Assembly (NCBI GenBank): GCA_040904025.1
Contig: JBBDUG010000033.1
Coordinates: 365-64,364, forward strand
Origin: Minisyncoccota bacterium
Lineage (GTDB): Bacteria; Patescibacteriota; Minisyncoccia; Phycocordibacterales; SW-6-46-9
DNA length: 64,000 nt
Direction of reading: 5' to 3'
Below the pieces are notes generated by a model that was not told the origin of the DNA, ran no database searches, and saw only the letters and a list, made by a program, of their open reading frames with translations. Made by a program: the position numbers and the translations under genes. Shown piece by piece: positions 50,213-60,175 of the stretch (the first letter of the stretch is position 1; every line of letters begins with the position of its first letter).

Positions 50213-50923
50213 ATGGAATACCCTATTCGAATAAATAAATATCTAAAGGAGAAAGGATTCTGCTCCCGCAGACAAGCAGATCGATTCATTGAAGAGGGAC
50301 GTGTGGAAATCAACGGAAAACCTGCAGAACTCGGACAGCAGGTTGAAGGGGGAGATGTAGTGGAGGTGGACAAGAAAGTTGCAGAAGCCCCAGAAAACTA
50401 TCAGTACTATCTATTCAACAAACCACAAGATGTGGTAAGTATTAACCCGCAAAGAGGAGAAGTGGGTCCATATACCACAGCACCCGAACTAGAGGGAACA
50501 TCACCTGTCGGAAGATTAGACAAAGACTCACGTGGTCTCATGCTCTTCACCGATGATGGTAGAATTGTAAACAAACTTCTCAACCCCAAGTTTGATCATG
50601 AAAAAGAATATAGAGTGAAGGTAAATAAACCTCTCTCCCCGAATTTCAAAAAACGAATGGAGAATGGGATCGACATAGAAGGATATACTACGAAACCAGC
50701 GACATTGCGAATCTTGGGAGATAAAATATTCTCAATCACACTCACAGAGGGGAAGAAACATCAGATCCGACGTATGGTTACAGCACTCGGATACGAAGTA
50801 GAGGATCTAAAGCGCACACGAATAATGAATCTAAAGATTAACAACCTTAAAGAAGGAGATATTCGCCCTCTCACAGAACAGGAAAAAGAAAAACTTCTCT
50901 CCTCATTAGGAGTTAGTCGATAA
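50213..50923 (+). CDS. Pseudouridine synthase, RsuA/RluB/RluF family
   Basis: S4 domain (IRINKYLKEKGFCSRRQADRFIEEGRVEING) and catalytic GRLDKDSRGLML. Confidence 0.8.
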   Translation: MEYPIRINKYLKEKGFCSRRQADRFIEEGRVEINGKPAELGQQVEGGDVVEVDKKVAEAPENYQYYLFNKPQDVVSINPQRGEVGPYTTAPELEGTSPVGRLDKDSRGLMLFTDDGRIVNKLLNPKFDHEKEYRVKVNKPLSPNFKKRMENGIDIEGYTTKPATLRILGDKIFSITLTEGKKHQIRRMVTALGYEVEDLKRTRIMNLKINNLKEGDIRPLTEQEKEKLLSSLGVSR

Positions 50924-51038
50924 GAACGTTCAAGACTGTCAGGAGTGTAGAGAAAAATCCTGTAATAAGAGCGATACGTGTCGGTCGATCGGATATATAT
51001 CGTTTTAAATATTTATACGCCATCTTCTCTATACTGTA

Positions 51039-51644
51039 TTACCTATTCTTTGATGTCCATAATTCATTCCACCAACTGGATGGGTGTTCATCAAGAATAG
51101 CCTCTGCAAGCTTATTCCCCGATTTCGATTGAATCCGCTCAATATTTTCATTCCGTTTCTTTCCCTTCTCTCCCTTCCCCGAGATCCATTCCTTTGCCTC
51201 TTGATTCCCTTGCCAGATATATTCTTGGAGTAGACAGAGTTGATCAATAATATCCGCATCCTTTGCAATAATAGCCTCTCTACTCTCTCGTTCATCGTAC
51301 TCATCGATAAATTTTTTCAAGTCAGAAAACGGCAAATTACCCAATTGTTCTTTTTTGATTTCTTCCTCAAATATTTTTACATACCGTTTATGTACCCAAT
51401 TATGATCACCACTCCGTACCTCTGGCATATCGTGTAGAAGACACATCATAATCACCTTATACGGATCAACATCCTCCATCTTTGCCAAGTACCACCCGAT
51501 GATCGTCACACGATATGAATGAGTCGCAATATTATCAGACATATCATCGGTAAGAAGTGTCTGACGATGCATACGAATCAACTTCCGCATGGTCCCCACC
51601 TCAAAGAGATGTTGTGCTATTCGTTTGTACTCTTTCTTTTTCAT
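51039..51644 (-). CDS. HD-domain phosphohydrolase (YfbR-like 5'-nucleotidase family)
   Basis: HSYRV ... LLHDMPEVRSGD contains the H..HD motif. Confidence 0.7.
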   Translation of the reverse strand: MKKKEYKRIAQHLFEVGTMRKLIRMHRQTLLTDDMSDNIATHSYRVTIIGWYLAKMEDVDPYKVIMMCLLHDMPEVRSGDHNWVHKRYVKIFEEEIKKEQLGNLPFSDLKKFIDEYDERESREAIIAKDADIIDQLCLLQEYIWQGNQEAKEWISGKGEKGKKRNENIERIQSKSGNKLAEAILDEHPSSWWNELWTSKNR

Positions 51645-51973
51645 TGAAATTTCTTTAACTTATCCTGCAGCTCTTCTGTATCAATATCATCATGATCAGC
51701 ATCAAAGACTGCTTCTTTATCCTCAACGAGGATAACTTGTGGGGTCTCATGCGCAACCCCCAGATCATCAGTGATCATATCAGAAACATCACGAGATTCC
51801 TGTACCACAACCTCATACATCATATCATCAAAATCCGTACTCAATTTAGAGAGCTCTCTTGCGTAAAAACCTGAGAGTGAACAGGTAGCACTCAATTTAG
51901 CGATAAGGAAAGGAGATTTATCAGATTTCTCTAATATATCTTTCCACTCTTCTGTTGTTTTAATCCTTTTCAT
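51641..51973 (-). CDS. Thioredoxin-fold protein, YtxJ/bacilliredoxin-like
   Basis: SATCSLS resembles the TCPIS-type motif. 110 aa. ATGA overlap with the HD gene. Confidence 0.4.
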   Translation of the reverse strand: MKRIKTTEEWKDILEKSDKSPFLIAKLSATCSLSGFYARELSKLSTDFDDMMYEVVVQESRDVSDMITDDLGVAHETPQVILVEDKEAVFDADHDDIDTEELQDKLKKFQ

Positions 51974-51985
51974 ATTTCCACCCTA

Positions 51986-53158
51986 CTATATTTCTCCATT
52001 TTCTCGAACTGCAGTAGCAATCGCGGGTACAACCGATGTGTCTATCACAGACGGCAGTATCTTCTCAGCGGTCGGGGTAGGAACAAGTTCTGCAAGTGCA
52101 TATGCCGCCTTTACCTTCATTGTCCCTGTTATACGCGGTGCACGCATATCAAGTGCGCCCCTAAAGATACCCGGGAATGCAAGCACATTGTTCACTTGAT
52201 TGGAGAAATCACTTCGTCCAGTTGCCACCACTGCTGCCCCCGCATCATATGCGTCATCAGGAAGTATCTCGGGATCAGGATTAGCAAGAGCAAATATGAC
52301 AGGATTATCCGCCATAGAGCGAACCATATCTTTTGACAGAATTCCTGGAACAGAAACTCCCACAAATACATCAGCTTCTCGCAGTGCCTCTTGTAGTCCT
52401 CCTGTCATTCCCCTGCTATTGGTATATGAGGCAAGATCTCGCTTCACATCACTTAGATCACCCCTTTCAGAGGAGATGATACCGGTGGAATCCACAACCA
52501 CAACATCACGAACCGCCTCACATACACCACTCTCATCATCATGGCAGGTGAGGAGCTTTGCTACCGCAACGCCCGCAGCACCAGCGCCGGAGATAACAAC
52601 ACGGAGATCACTAATATCTTTTTTCACAACCTTCGCTGCATTAATAAGACCGGCAAGGAGCACAATAGCTGTTCCGTGCTGGTCGTCGTGAAAGACGGGG
52701 ATACCGAGATCTTGCAGACGTGCTTCAATCTCAAAACATCGCGGTGCGGAAATGTCCTCCAAATTTATTCCTCCAAACCCCGGTGCAATACGTCGAACCG
52801 TCTCCACGATCTCGTCGGTATCCTGTGTATCGAGACAGATAGGATATGCATCGATCCCTGCAAACTCACGAAACAATACTGCCTTACCCTCCATAACAGG
52901 GAGGGCTGCCTCTGGTCCCACATTTCCAAGACCGAGTACTGCCGATCCGTCGGTCACCACCGCCACACTATTCCCCTTTATCGTATATCGATATGCTTCC
53001 TCTGGATCCTCTGCAATACGTCGCACCGGTTCAGCCACCCCGGGAGTATAAGCGCGAGAAAGATCCTCCTGTGTATTCACCGGAACTTTAGAGTGTATTT
53101 CAAGTTTTCCCCGCTTCTCTTCATGCATCTGAAGAGATTCTTTGTTGTAGTCTTTCAT
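51986..53158 (-). CDS. NAD(P)-dependent malic enzyme (short prokaryotic form)
   Basis: Malic_M NAD-binding VISGAGAAGVA, and the N-terminal malic enzyme domain. Confidence 0.85.
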   Translation of the reverse strand: MKDYNKESLQMHEEKRGKLEIHSKVPVNTQEDLSRAYTPGVAEPVRRIAEDPEEAYRYTIKGNSVAVVTDGSAVLGLGNVGPEAALPVMEGKAVLFREFAGIDAYPICLDTQDTDEIVETVRRIAPGFGGINLEDISAPRCFEIEARLQDLGIPVFHDDQHGTAIVLLAGLINAAKVVKKDISDLRVVISGAGAAGVAVAKLLTCHDDESGVCEAVRDVVVVDSTGIISSERGDLSDVKRDLASYTNSRGMTGGLQEALREADVFVGVSVPGILSKDMVRSMADNPVIFALANPDPEILPDDAYDAGAAVVATGRSDFSNQVNNVLAFPGIFRGALDMRAPRITGTMKVKAAYALAELVPTPTAEKILPSVIDTSVVPAIATAVRENGEI

Positions 53159-54405
53159 TAAATTTCTGATAGATCTCTCGGCAAAAAGAGATTAAGTGTC
53201 CACTCAAACATTATACGCAATTTTGCGCGCCACCCGAGTACTTGCGGTAGATATGCCGTTCTGTAAAGAAACCATGCAATACGTCCTGTCAGCTCGATGC
53301 CAAATACACGCGCCACCGCATCTCCCTTTCCAAGAGAGATAAGGAACCCCTTATCTCTCCAATGAAATTCCTCTGGTTCTTCACCGGATATCATGTGCAT
53401 AATGTTACGCGCAGCTGTCTTTCCCTGTCGCACTGCAAACTGTGCCCGCATAGGATATGGCTGTGAGGAGTCCTTTCGCTCAACAAAAGCCTGGTCTCCA
53501 ACAACATATAAATTCCTATACTCAGGAACTTGAAGTGCCTCACTGACATGAATGCGCCTATGCTTTTCTCCCCGCTCTATCCCCCGCACTGCTGTTATAT
53601 CAATATCCCGTGCACGAACCCCTGCGGTCCAAATAGCTGTCCGAGTCAAAGAAAAGTGTTCTCCACTCCACACGCCCTTCTCATCCACACGACTCACCTT
53701 TTGAGATGTTCTCACATCTATTCCCTTTTTCTCCAAAATAGTTTGTATTTTCTCTGAGATCCATTCTGACTCTTGCGGAACAAGGCGAGAGGCACCCTGA
53801 AAAAGAGAGATGGACATATAAGAGGCACACTCAGGATACGCACGAGAGAGTGCTCCATCCTTCATATCAGCAAGCTCTCCGGCAAGTTCGACCCCGGTTG
53901 GACCACCACCAACGATCACAAAATGAAGGAGATCATGTCGCTCCTGTGGATTAGAGACCTCTTCTGCTGCCTCAAAGCGAGAAAGAATTGTATTTTTCAC
54001 ATTTCGCACCTCATCAAGAGAACGGAGAGGAATTGTGTGTTCCTGCGCCCCGTCTACATTGTGATAGTCGGTATCTGCACCGAGGGCAACAATAAGATAA
54101 TCGTATGAAAAAACATCTCCCTCTTCAGAGTGCACCTTCTTTGCATCCGCATCTATGTGCTCTACTGTCCCTTCTCGAAAATTAAACCGTTCATTCTGCG
54201 GCAAATGCCGCAAGGATTGCTTGAGTGCGGAAGGGGTTAGATTCCCAGTGGCCACTTCATGCGCCATGGGAACAAACCAAAAATAATCCTTATCACTCAC
54301 AATCGTTACCCGTACGTCACTCCGTTTCAGATTTCGATACAACGTACGATACACATGTATACCGCCAAATCCAGATCCGAGAATTACAATATGTTTCGTG
54401 TCCAT
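53158..54405 (-). CDS. ndh: Type II NADH dehydrogenase (NDH-2)
   Basis: HIVILGSGFGG FAD-binding motif, and a second dinucleotide fold FVIVGGGPTGVE. Confidence 0.8.
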   Translation of the reverse strand: MDTKHIVILGSGFGGIHVYRTLYRNLKRSDVRVTIVSDKDYFWFVPMAHEVATGNLTPSALKQSLRHLPQNERFNFREGTVEHIDADAKKVHSEEGDVFSYDYLIVALGADTDYHNVDGAQEHTIPLRSLDEVRNVKNTILSRFEAAEEVSNPQERHDLLHFVIVGGGPTGVELAGELADMKDGALSRAYPECASYMSISLFQGASRLVPQESEWISEKIQTILEKKGIDVRTSQKVSRVDEKGVWSGEHFSLTRTAIWTAGVRARDIDITAVRGIERGEKHRRIHVSEALQVPEYRNLYVVGDQAFVERKDSSQPYPMRAQFAVRQGKTAARNIMHMISGEEPEEFHWRDKGFLISLGKGDAVARVFGIELTGRIAWFLYRTAYLPQVLGWRAKLRIMFEWTLNLFLPRDLSEI

Positions 54406-54441
54406 ACATCGATTGTAGCGTAGATTACAGGAGAGATAAAA

Positions 54442-55098
54442 TTAGCGGGACTTTGGCCACTTCTCCGCCGCAGGGGGATATATTTTTGTAAGGGGATGAT
54501 CCTCACATTCATGCGGACGTGCGGGACATATCTCTCGTCCGTAGTAGATAAGATTATTTCCAAAGTCAAACCATTCTTTCTGAGGAAGAAGTTCTATGAG
54601 ATCCTTCTCTATCTTCTTTGGATACGTATAATCTGAAAGATCAAAACGGATCGCAAAACGACGAACATGGGTGTCTACCGCAATCCCCTTACTCTTCCCA
54701 AAGGCATTTCCCAGCACGACATTTGCTGTCTTTCTTCCTACCCCGGGAAGCGTCATAAGATCTTTCATGGTATCAGGCACTTTTCCACCAAACTCTTCTT
54801 TTACCCTTTTTGCTGCTGCTAAAATATTTTTTCCCTTTGTTTTATAAAATCCCGTTGAACGTATATCTTCTTGAAATTCCTTCAGATCAGCACGGATATA
54901 ATTATCCAGCTTTGTATATTTCTTAAAAAGCTTCTTTGTCACTTTGTTCACCCGCTTATCCGTACACTGAGCGGACAACACCACAGCAACAACAAGTTCC
55001 CAATTAGTGGAATGATCAAGCGCTGTTCCCTGTCGATCAGGAAACAACTCCTTGAGTTTTTTTGCCATCTTTTTGGCTCTTTTTGCTCGATCGGTCAT
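54442..55098 (-). CDS. nth: HhH-GPD DNA glycosylase, endonuclease III-like (only 2 Cys in the C-terminal region, so a 4Fe-4S cluster is doubtful)
   Basis: LMTLPGVGRKTANVVL HhH-GPD motif with the catalytic Lys/Asp context. Confidence 0.7.
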   Translation of the reverse strand: MTDRAKRAKKMAKKLKELFPDRQGTALDHSTNWELVVAVVLSAQCTDKRVNKVTKKLFKKYTKLDNYIRADLKEFQEDIRSTGFYKTKGKNILAAAKRVKEEFGGKVPDTMKDLMTLPGVGRKTANVVLGNAFGKSKGIAVDTHVRRFAIRFDLSDYTYPKKIEKDLIELLPQKEWFDFGNNLIYYGREICPARPHECEDHPLTKIYPPAAEKWPKSR

Positions 55099-55131
55099 GC
55101 TTGTACTCTAGCATAACAGATATGCAAGATG

Positions 55132-56322
55132 TTAGTCCCCTGTACTTTCTTTTAGCTTCTCTTCGTAGCATTCCTGGTCAAGCATCATGGCATTTTCATC
55201 ATCAGGAACGGAAACGTAACATTCACTAAGATCAACAGAGGAATCAAACCACATACTCTCGTCTGTATCATCTTCTCCCTCATCCTCAATCAAAGGCGGA
55301 GTTTCTCTCCCGTTATCTTCCTCCTCAATCTGTATCGATCTTTCAGACACCTGGGTCTCTTCTCCCTTCCATGCTCCGCGCTTAAGTTTTAGATCAAGTA
55401 CGCGCGCCTTCTTGTGAATATCGACAAATAGTTTGTGAGCCTGTTCAAATAATCCGTCTTTAAAAAGTTCTTCTGCTTTCTCTGCATCAGCACGTAGTGA
55501 TGCAAGAGGAGTGAGGATGCTCTTTTCAAATGCAGCCACATATTCCTCACCTACATTTAAGCTCTTTTGCCGTTCAAGACGTGCCAGGAGTTCACGTACT
55601 GCTTTTCTCTGTTTTGTCGCAGTCTCTTTATATTCAAGCTCGCTTGACTCATCCGCATCAGATTCAATCATCTCTTCCACATTTTCAATCTTCGGAGCAG
55701 ACATTACACTCATCGAGACAGCAGCATCCGATTCAGCTGACAGTGCCGTATCGGCAGCAATGGATATAGTGCGCCCCTCGCTACTCTCAAGTTCAATTGC
55801 AACATTTGTACGTATATTAGATGCTGCAATATCATCTTCAGCTTCAAGCTTGGTGGCAAGTTCATTAGCTCGATCTGCATGCTCATATATTGTCTCTTCT
55901 ATGCGATCACGTTGCTCTATATCGAGTGCTCCCATCCCTTCAAGGATTGCTATTTCATCAACACGTCGTGCGAGTCGACGCACCTCCCATTCTGCCTTTG
56001 ATTCTTCGGTAAAGGTAAATGTACTCCGTGCATCCTCTAAGACATGCTTTACCGGATACAACACATCCCCCGGCAACGCACTATTCGCCGCTGCAGACAA
56101 TCCTCCCATGACAAAAATAATAGCAAATCCGGCAATGACAGCACCGGTTCGGTGTAATGTGATGATGAGGGGGGTAAACATAGCACGAAGATTCTCTCGA
56201 CTGCGAATCGGTTTAATCTCCATATACCGCTCTAGATGCTCCTTCATCTGTGCATGTTCCTCAGATGAGAGAGAGTACATCTTTTCCGCGCTCTCTTTTA
56301 GTTTTTTCTCAAAATTATTCAT
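55132..56322 (-). CDS. Putative anti-sigma factor (cytoplasmic N-domain, single TM helix, extracytoplasmic coiled/acidic domain)
   Basis: Overlaps the upstream ECF sigma gene by 8 nt. The topology is typical of single-pass anti-sigma factors. Confidence 0.45.
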   Translation of the reverse strand: MNNFEKKLKESAEKMYSLSSEEHAQMKEHLERYMEIKPIRSRENLRAMFTPLIITLHRTGAVIAGFAIIFVMGGLSAAANSALPGDVLYPVKHVLEDARSTFTFTEESKAEWEVRRLARRVDEIAILEGMGALDIEQRDRIEETIYEHADRANELATKLEAEDDIAASNIRTNVAIELESSEGRTISIAADTALSAESDAAVSMSVMSAPKIENVEEMIESDADESSELEYKETATKQRKAVRELLARLERQKSLNVGEEYVAAFEKSILTPLASLRADAEKAEELFKDGLFEQAHKLFVDIHKKARVLDLKLKRGAWKGEETQVSERSIQIEEEDNGRETPPLIEDEGEDDTDESMWFDSSVDLSECYVSVPDDENAMMLDQECYEEKLKESTGD

Positions 56323-56845
56323 ATTCCTGACAAAGCTCTTTTAACTTCTTCATTCCGCGATATATGCGGACAGAAACAACATTCTCACTTTCATCAATCA
56401 TTTTAGCAATCTCCTGAGGTGCAAACCCGTCCACATATCGCATGGTTACAGCTTGTCGATATATCTCCGGAAGTTCTTCGACCTTTGCAAGTACCTTTTC
56501 ACCATCAATAATTTCTGCCCAAGTCTCTGATTCCATACTTTGCAAGTCATCAAAGACCTCGGGAGGTGTCTCATCACCCAACAATCCTTCGAGAGAATAG
56601 TCTTTCTTCTTTCGATAGTGATCAATAATGAGATTATTGAGGACACGGTAGAAGAAGGCGCGGAAATTATCCACATCATTCCCCTTCATAATATACTCCC
56701 ACGTCTTTGTGAATGTATCCTGAACAAGATCAAGAGCAACCTCTCGGTCACTAACTCGGATGATGCAGTGCCGAAACAATGCATCGCTATTCTCATCAAC
56801 GGCATTCAGATATACCTCTTCTTTATTGTTCTGTTTGAGCCTCAT
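56315..56845 (-). CDS. ECF-type sigma-70 family factor
   Basis: Region 2 (LVQDTFTKTWEY) and region 4 (VVSVRIYRGMKKLKE). Confidence 0.8.
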   Translation of the reverse strand: MRLKQNNKEEVYLNAVDENSDALFRHCIIRVSDREVALDLVQDTFTKTWEYIMKGNDVDNFRAFFYRVLNNLIIDHYRKKKDYSLEGLLGDETPPEVFDDLQSMESETWAEIIDGEKVLAKVEELPEIYRQAVTMRYVDGFAPQEIAKMIDESENVVSVRIYRGMKKLKELCQEYE

Positions 56846-57317
56846 TGAGTGAAGACGTTATATTACCCCCCTTCTTACCCCGTATGATAAGAATTCCGCA
56901 AATAAACAAAAGCGTCGAAATGACAGCGGAAATAATGCAGAACTGACACAACGACCCAATCATCCATATCTGTATGTATACAAGGACAAGTGATACAAGA
57001 AAACCGATGATGGTGAGATATGCAACACCACGAATAATATCCCTTCGACGCAATACATATCCAATTGTAGCACCAGCAAATATGCTGAAATAGTATATTC
57101 CCCCTAAAAGCGCAATGGGGATACCGGCAATCGTTGCATATCTACTCTGTAAAACAACATCACACCCCTCAAAAAGAGAGCAGGTCACCGCCGTATCACC
57201 AAAGTGAGAGGCGGTAAGGTATGTTGCGTCTAGAAGGCCGATAAGTCCCAGAAAAATAAGGACGTATACGAGCCATATGTGTTCTATTCTTCTCATATAG
57301 CGTGCGTATTGTAGCAC
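56823..57317 (-). CDS. Vitamin K epoxide reductase (VKOR) family membrane protein
   Basis: TCSLFEGCD plus a downstream CQFC (CxxC) within TM helices. Confidence 0.55.
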   Translation of the reverse strand: MLQYARYMRRIEHIWLVYVLIFLGLIGLLDATYLTASHFGDTAVTCSLFEGCDVVLQSRYATIAGIPIALLGGIYYFSIFAGATIGYVLRRRDIIRGVAYLTIIGFLVSLVLVYIQIWMIGSLCQFCIISAVISTLLFICGILIIRGKKGGNITSSLNEAQTEQ

Positions 57318-57390
57318 AAAAGAAGATATATTTTACACACTTAAACCCCATAAAAACCGCGTAGATTCTATGGGATTAGATATATCAACT

Positions 57391-58236
57391 CTATGGCTGC
57401 AACGCCTCTTCTACATTCCCCTCAACTGATATCACAACATCATCCACTGTGGAAAATTGCATTAGAGTATTTTCTATCTGCGCCCGTATAGCAGTGACGC
57501 GACATGAACCACCAACTTGATTGAGTTCTTCGCTGAAATCAACAAAGGCGGTACCGTCATCGATACGAATTGAGTTCAACCTAACTCCATCAGGAATATT
57601 GGTGACAACTCGATCCCCCTGCGCCTCTTGAGCAGTTGGTCCCGCAAGTAGCTCTTCTATCGCTGCCCGCGCTACTGACTGTGTCTGCGGTATTGTTCGT
57701 GTAATCTCAACAACAACATCACATTCAACTGGTTCAGCACCAAAAGACTGGCTTGAATAGTACACACTGACTGTCTGAGTCTCTTCAGACTCTGCAGAGA
57801 AGCGTACTGGAATCCTCACTTCCGCAGCATTCTCGGACAATCCGGATGGATTTGCTTTCTCGAGAATAACAAATCCCGCATCCGCCTCTCCTGTCCAGCT
57901 GATCTCTCGTTCGAACGAAACGAAGTTTTCTGTCATCCATTCACCATCTGCCTGTACGGGCACTTCTGCAAGTACACGTCCATCATTGCTCTCAACACGA
58001 GCGGAAAAATTTGCCTCAAAATACCATGTACCACGTGCCTCTCCACGAAGCACGAAGGAACGAGAAAGTGTATCTCCCGCCTCTGGCGTCTCCACACGAA
58101 CATCTGAGTGTGTGACTTCCTCCCCAAGTATATCCTGATCTCCATTTATCTCATCCCCTCCATTGCCACCGATAAAGAGAATAGCTAGTGCAGCTGCAAC
58201 AACAACTAGTAACCCGATTATTATTTTCTTTTCCAT
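57391..58236 (-). CDS. Secreted protein with a GerMN/Gmad2-like C-terminal domain
   Basis: Signal peptide. The C-terminal VDDVVISVEGNVEE resembles GerMN. Weak call. Confidence 0.35.
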   Translation of the reverse strand: MEKKIIIGLLVVVAAALAILFIGGNGGDEINGDQDILGEEVTHSDVRVETPEAGDTLSRSFVLRGEARGTWYFEANFSARVESNDGRVLAEVPVQADGEWMTENFVSFEREISWTGEADAGFVILEKANPSGLSENAAEVRIPVRFSAESEETQTVSVYYSSQSFGAEPVECDVVVEITRTIPQTQSVARAAIEELLAGPTAQEAQGDRVVTNIPDGVRLNSIRIDDGTAFVDFSEELNQVGGSCRVTAIRAQIENTLMQFSTVDDVVISVEGNVEEALQP

Positions 58237-58253
58237 CTTCTGTAAATATTATT

Positions 58254-58805
58254 CTAATAATTCGCACCACTTTTCATCGGCTCTGTGTTGAGAAGCTTGC
58301 GAAACTTCTTGAGCCCCCGATGTATACGCACCGATACTGTATTGGTCCGCTCTCCGAGCTTCTCACCGATCTCCTTAGGAGACATACCTTCGAAGATCCG
58401 CATACGAATTACCTCGGCATATTTCTCTCCTAATTCATATAATCGCGCTCGTACTCGCTTCACTTCAGCTCGATCTATAATATACGTATGAAAGGAATCT
58501 GACGAGAGATCCTTCTCATCAAAGTCTCCCATATTCGCCATAGGAATACTTTTCTTCTTTTTGTAGTAGTCCTTTATTCGATTCGAGGTCACTTGGTAGA
58601 TAAAGGAGTTTAAATACTTAATCTCCTTCCCGCGGTTAATGTAATCCCAAGTACGAGTAAAGATATCTTGGGTGAGGTCCTTTGCGACTTCTTTCGAAGA
58701 AGTTTTTGAGTAACAACGTCGGAAGACTTTATCATAGAGTTCTTCCAGCTTCTCAATAAAACGTTCTTTTGTTGAGCGCTCCGTTGTAGCGGTTTTCTTG
58801 TTCAT
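58254..58805 (-). CDS. ECF-type sigma-70 family factor
   Basis: Region 2 (LTQDIFTRTWDYI) and region 4 (NTVSVRIHRGLKKFRK). Confidence 0.8.
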   Translation of the reverse strand: MNKKTATTERSTKERFIEKLEELYDKVFRRCYSKTSSKEVAKDLTQDIFTRTWDYINRGKEIKYLNSFIYQVTSNRIKDYYKKKKSIPMANMGDFDEKDLSSDSFHTYIIDRAEVKRVRARLYELGEKYAEVIRMRIFEGMSPKEIGEKLGERTNTVSVRIHRGLKKFRKLLNTEPMKSGANY

Positions 58806-58983
58806 ATGTATATATGATTAGAAATAGGAGTAATGAGGAGCTTCTCTCTTTCAAATAGAGTGCCGATGTACATACAGAATATCACCTCGACACGTTAGAA
58901 AAAGACAACGACTGCTTTAATACTGTACAAACGAGCACAGAAGCCTCCTCTTACACAGCGAAGACGAAAACCTCCCCTCTCTC

Positions 58984-60126
58984 TTACCGCATTTTCATCT
59001 TAAAGGCCATTCTAAACAACAAAGGTGAAAGGAAGGTGGTCACAATAGTTAAGATAACAAGGGCGGCAGAAAGCTTGGCGTCCAGAAAGCCAAACTCAAC
59101 ACCGGAGAATACAATTGCAAGAGTGGTCGAGAGCTGTGGAATTGATGTTACCGAAATAAGCCATGTATCGCGCGTGTTAAATCGCAACAGAACCCCACCG
59201 ATCCATCCACTCACAATCTTAGAAATAATCAGTCCAACGACAACTACAAGAACAAGAAATCCCGCTGTACTATCAAAGAGTATTGAGACGTTAGTGGTAA
59301 TACCAGTGGTGATGAAAAATACGGGAATAAAGAGGCCATAACTAAGAGCACGTAACTTTCCCTTCAAGGTTGAAGAGGTAATGGATTCAGAAAGAACTAA
59401 TCCGGCAAAGAACCCTGCAATTATCGGATGGAGTCCAAGAAGCTCAAAGAGGATGACGGTACCAATGAGGATGGCAAACACACTACGCAACTCCTGTTGA
59501 AAGAGATCTCTTTCGGGATGATGAAAAAACCACTGAAGACGCGGTAGTGCCCAACGAAGAAAGAGGAGGACACCAACAGAGAGAATATAGAAAATGGGAA
59601 GCGGAAGAGAGGTTGTCGGACTTGTCGCCTGAAATACAATAGAGAGCAAGACCAGACTCGCAATATCCTGCAACATGGTGGAGGAGACGATAACATGTCC
59701 AATTTTTCGCTGAAGTATTCCTGTCTGCTCTAATGCCGGAATAACAACGGCAATCGAGGAAGAAATGAATGTAATACCGAGCAAAAGAGAGGTTGTGATT
59801 GAATAATCAAACCACGCCCCAATACCCACACCAACAATGAATGGAATGACTCCCCCCAATAGTGCAATGACCCATACATGCTTGATTGATTTTGAAAAAC
59901 TCGAAAGTCTCGTTTCAAGCCCCGCCATAAACATCAAGAAAACAAGTCCGACCTCAGAGAAAAACTGCAAGATAGGATCAACCTCTACAAAATCAAGTCC
60001 AAACGGACCAATGAGAATACCACCAAGGATAAGAGCGGTGACCCACGGCAAATGAAGCCTATTAAAAGCCTCGGAGAAAAAGAGGCCGGCAAAAAGGACA
60101 ACAAAGAACGGTAAGAGTTGTGTCAT
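58984..60126 (-). CDS. Cation:proton antiporter (CPA family Na+/H+ exchanger)
   Basis: About 11 TM helices, with GLE/ALL motif regions typical of Na_H_Exchanger. Confidence 0.7.
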   Translation of the reverse strand: MTQLLPFFVVLFAGLFFSEAFNRLHLPWVTALILGGILIGPFGLDFVEVDPILQFFSEVGLVFLMFMAGLETRLSSFSKSIKHVWVIALLGGVIPFIVGVGIGAWFDYSITTSLLLGITFISSSIAVVIPALEQTGILQRKIGHVIVSSTMLQDIASLVLLSIVFQATSPTTSLPLPIFYILSVGVLLFLRWALPRLQWFFHHPERDLFQQELRSVFAILIGTVILFELLGLHPIIAGFFAGLVLSESITSSTLKGKLRALSYGLFIPVFFITTGITTNVSILFDSTAGFLVLVVVVGLIISKIVSGWIGGVLLRFNTRDTWLISVTSIPQLSTTLAIVFSGVEFGFLDAKLSAALVILTIVTTFLSPLLFRMAFKMKMR

Positions 60127-60175
60127 ATCATTAGTATAACGTATTCAAAAAAGAAAAGGATATCTCTTGAGGGTA

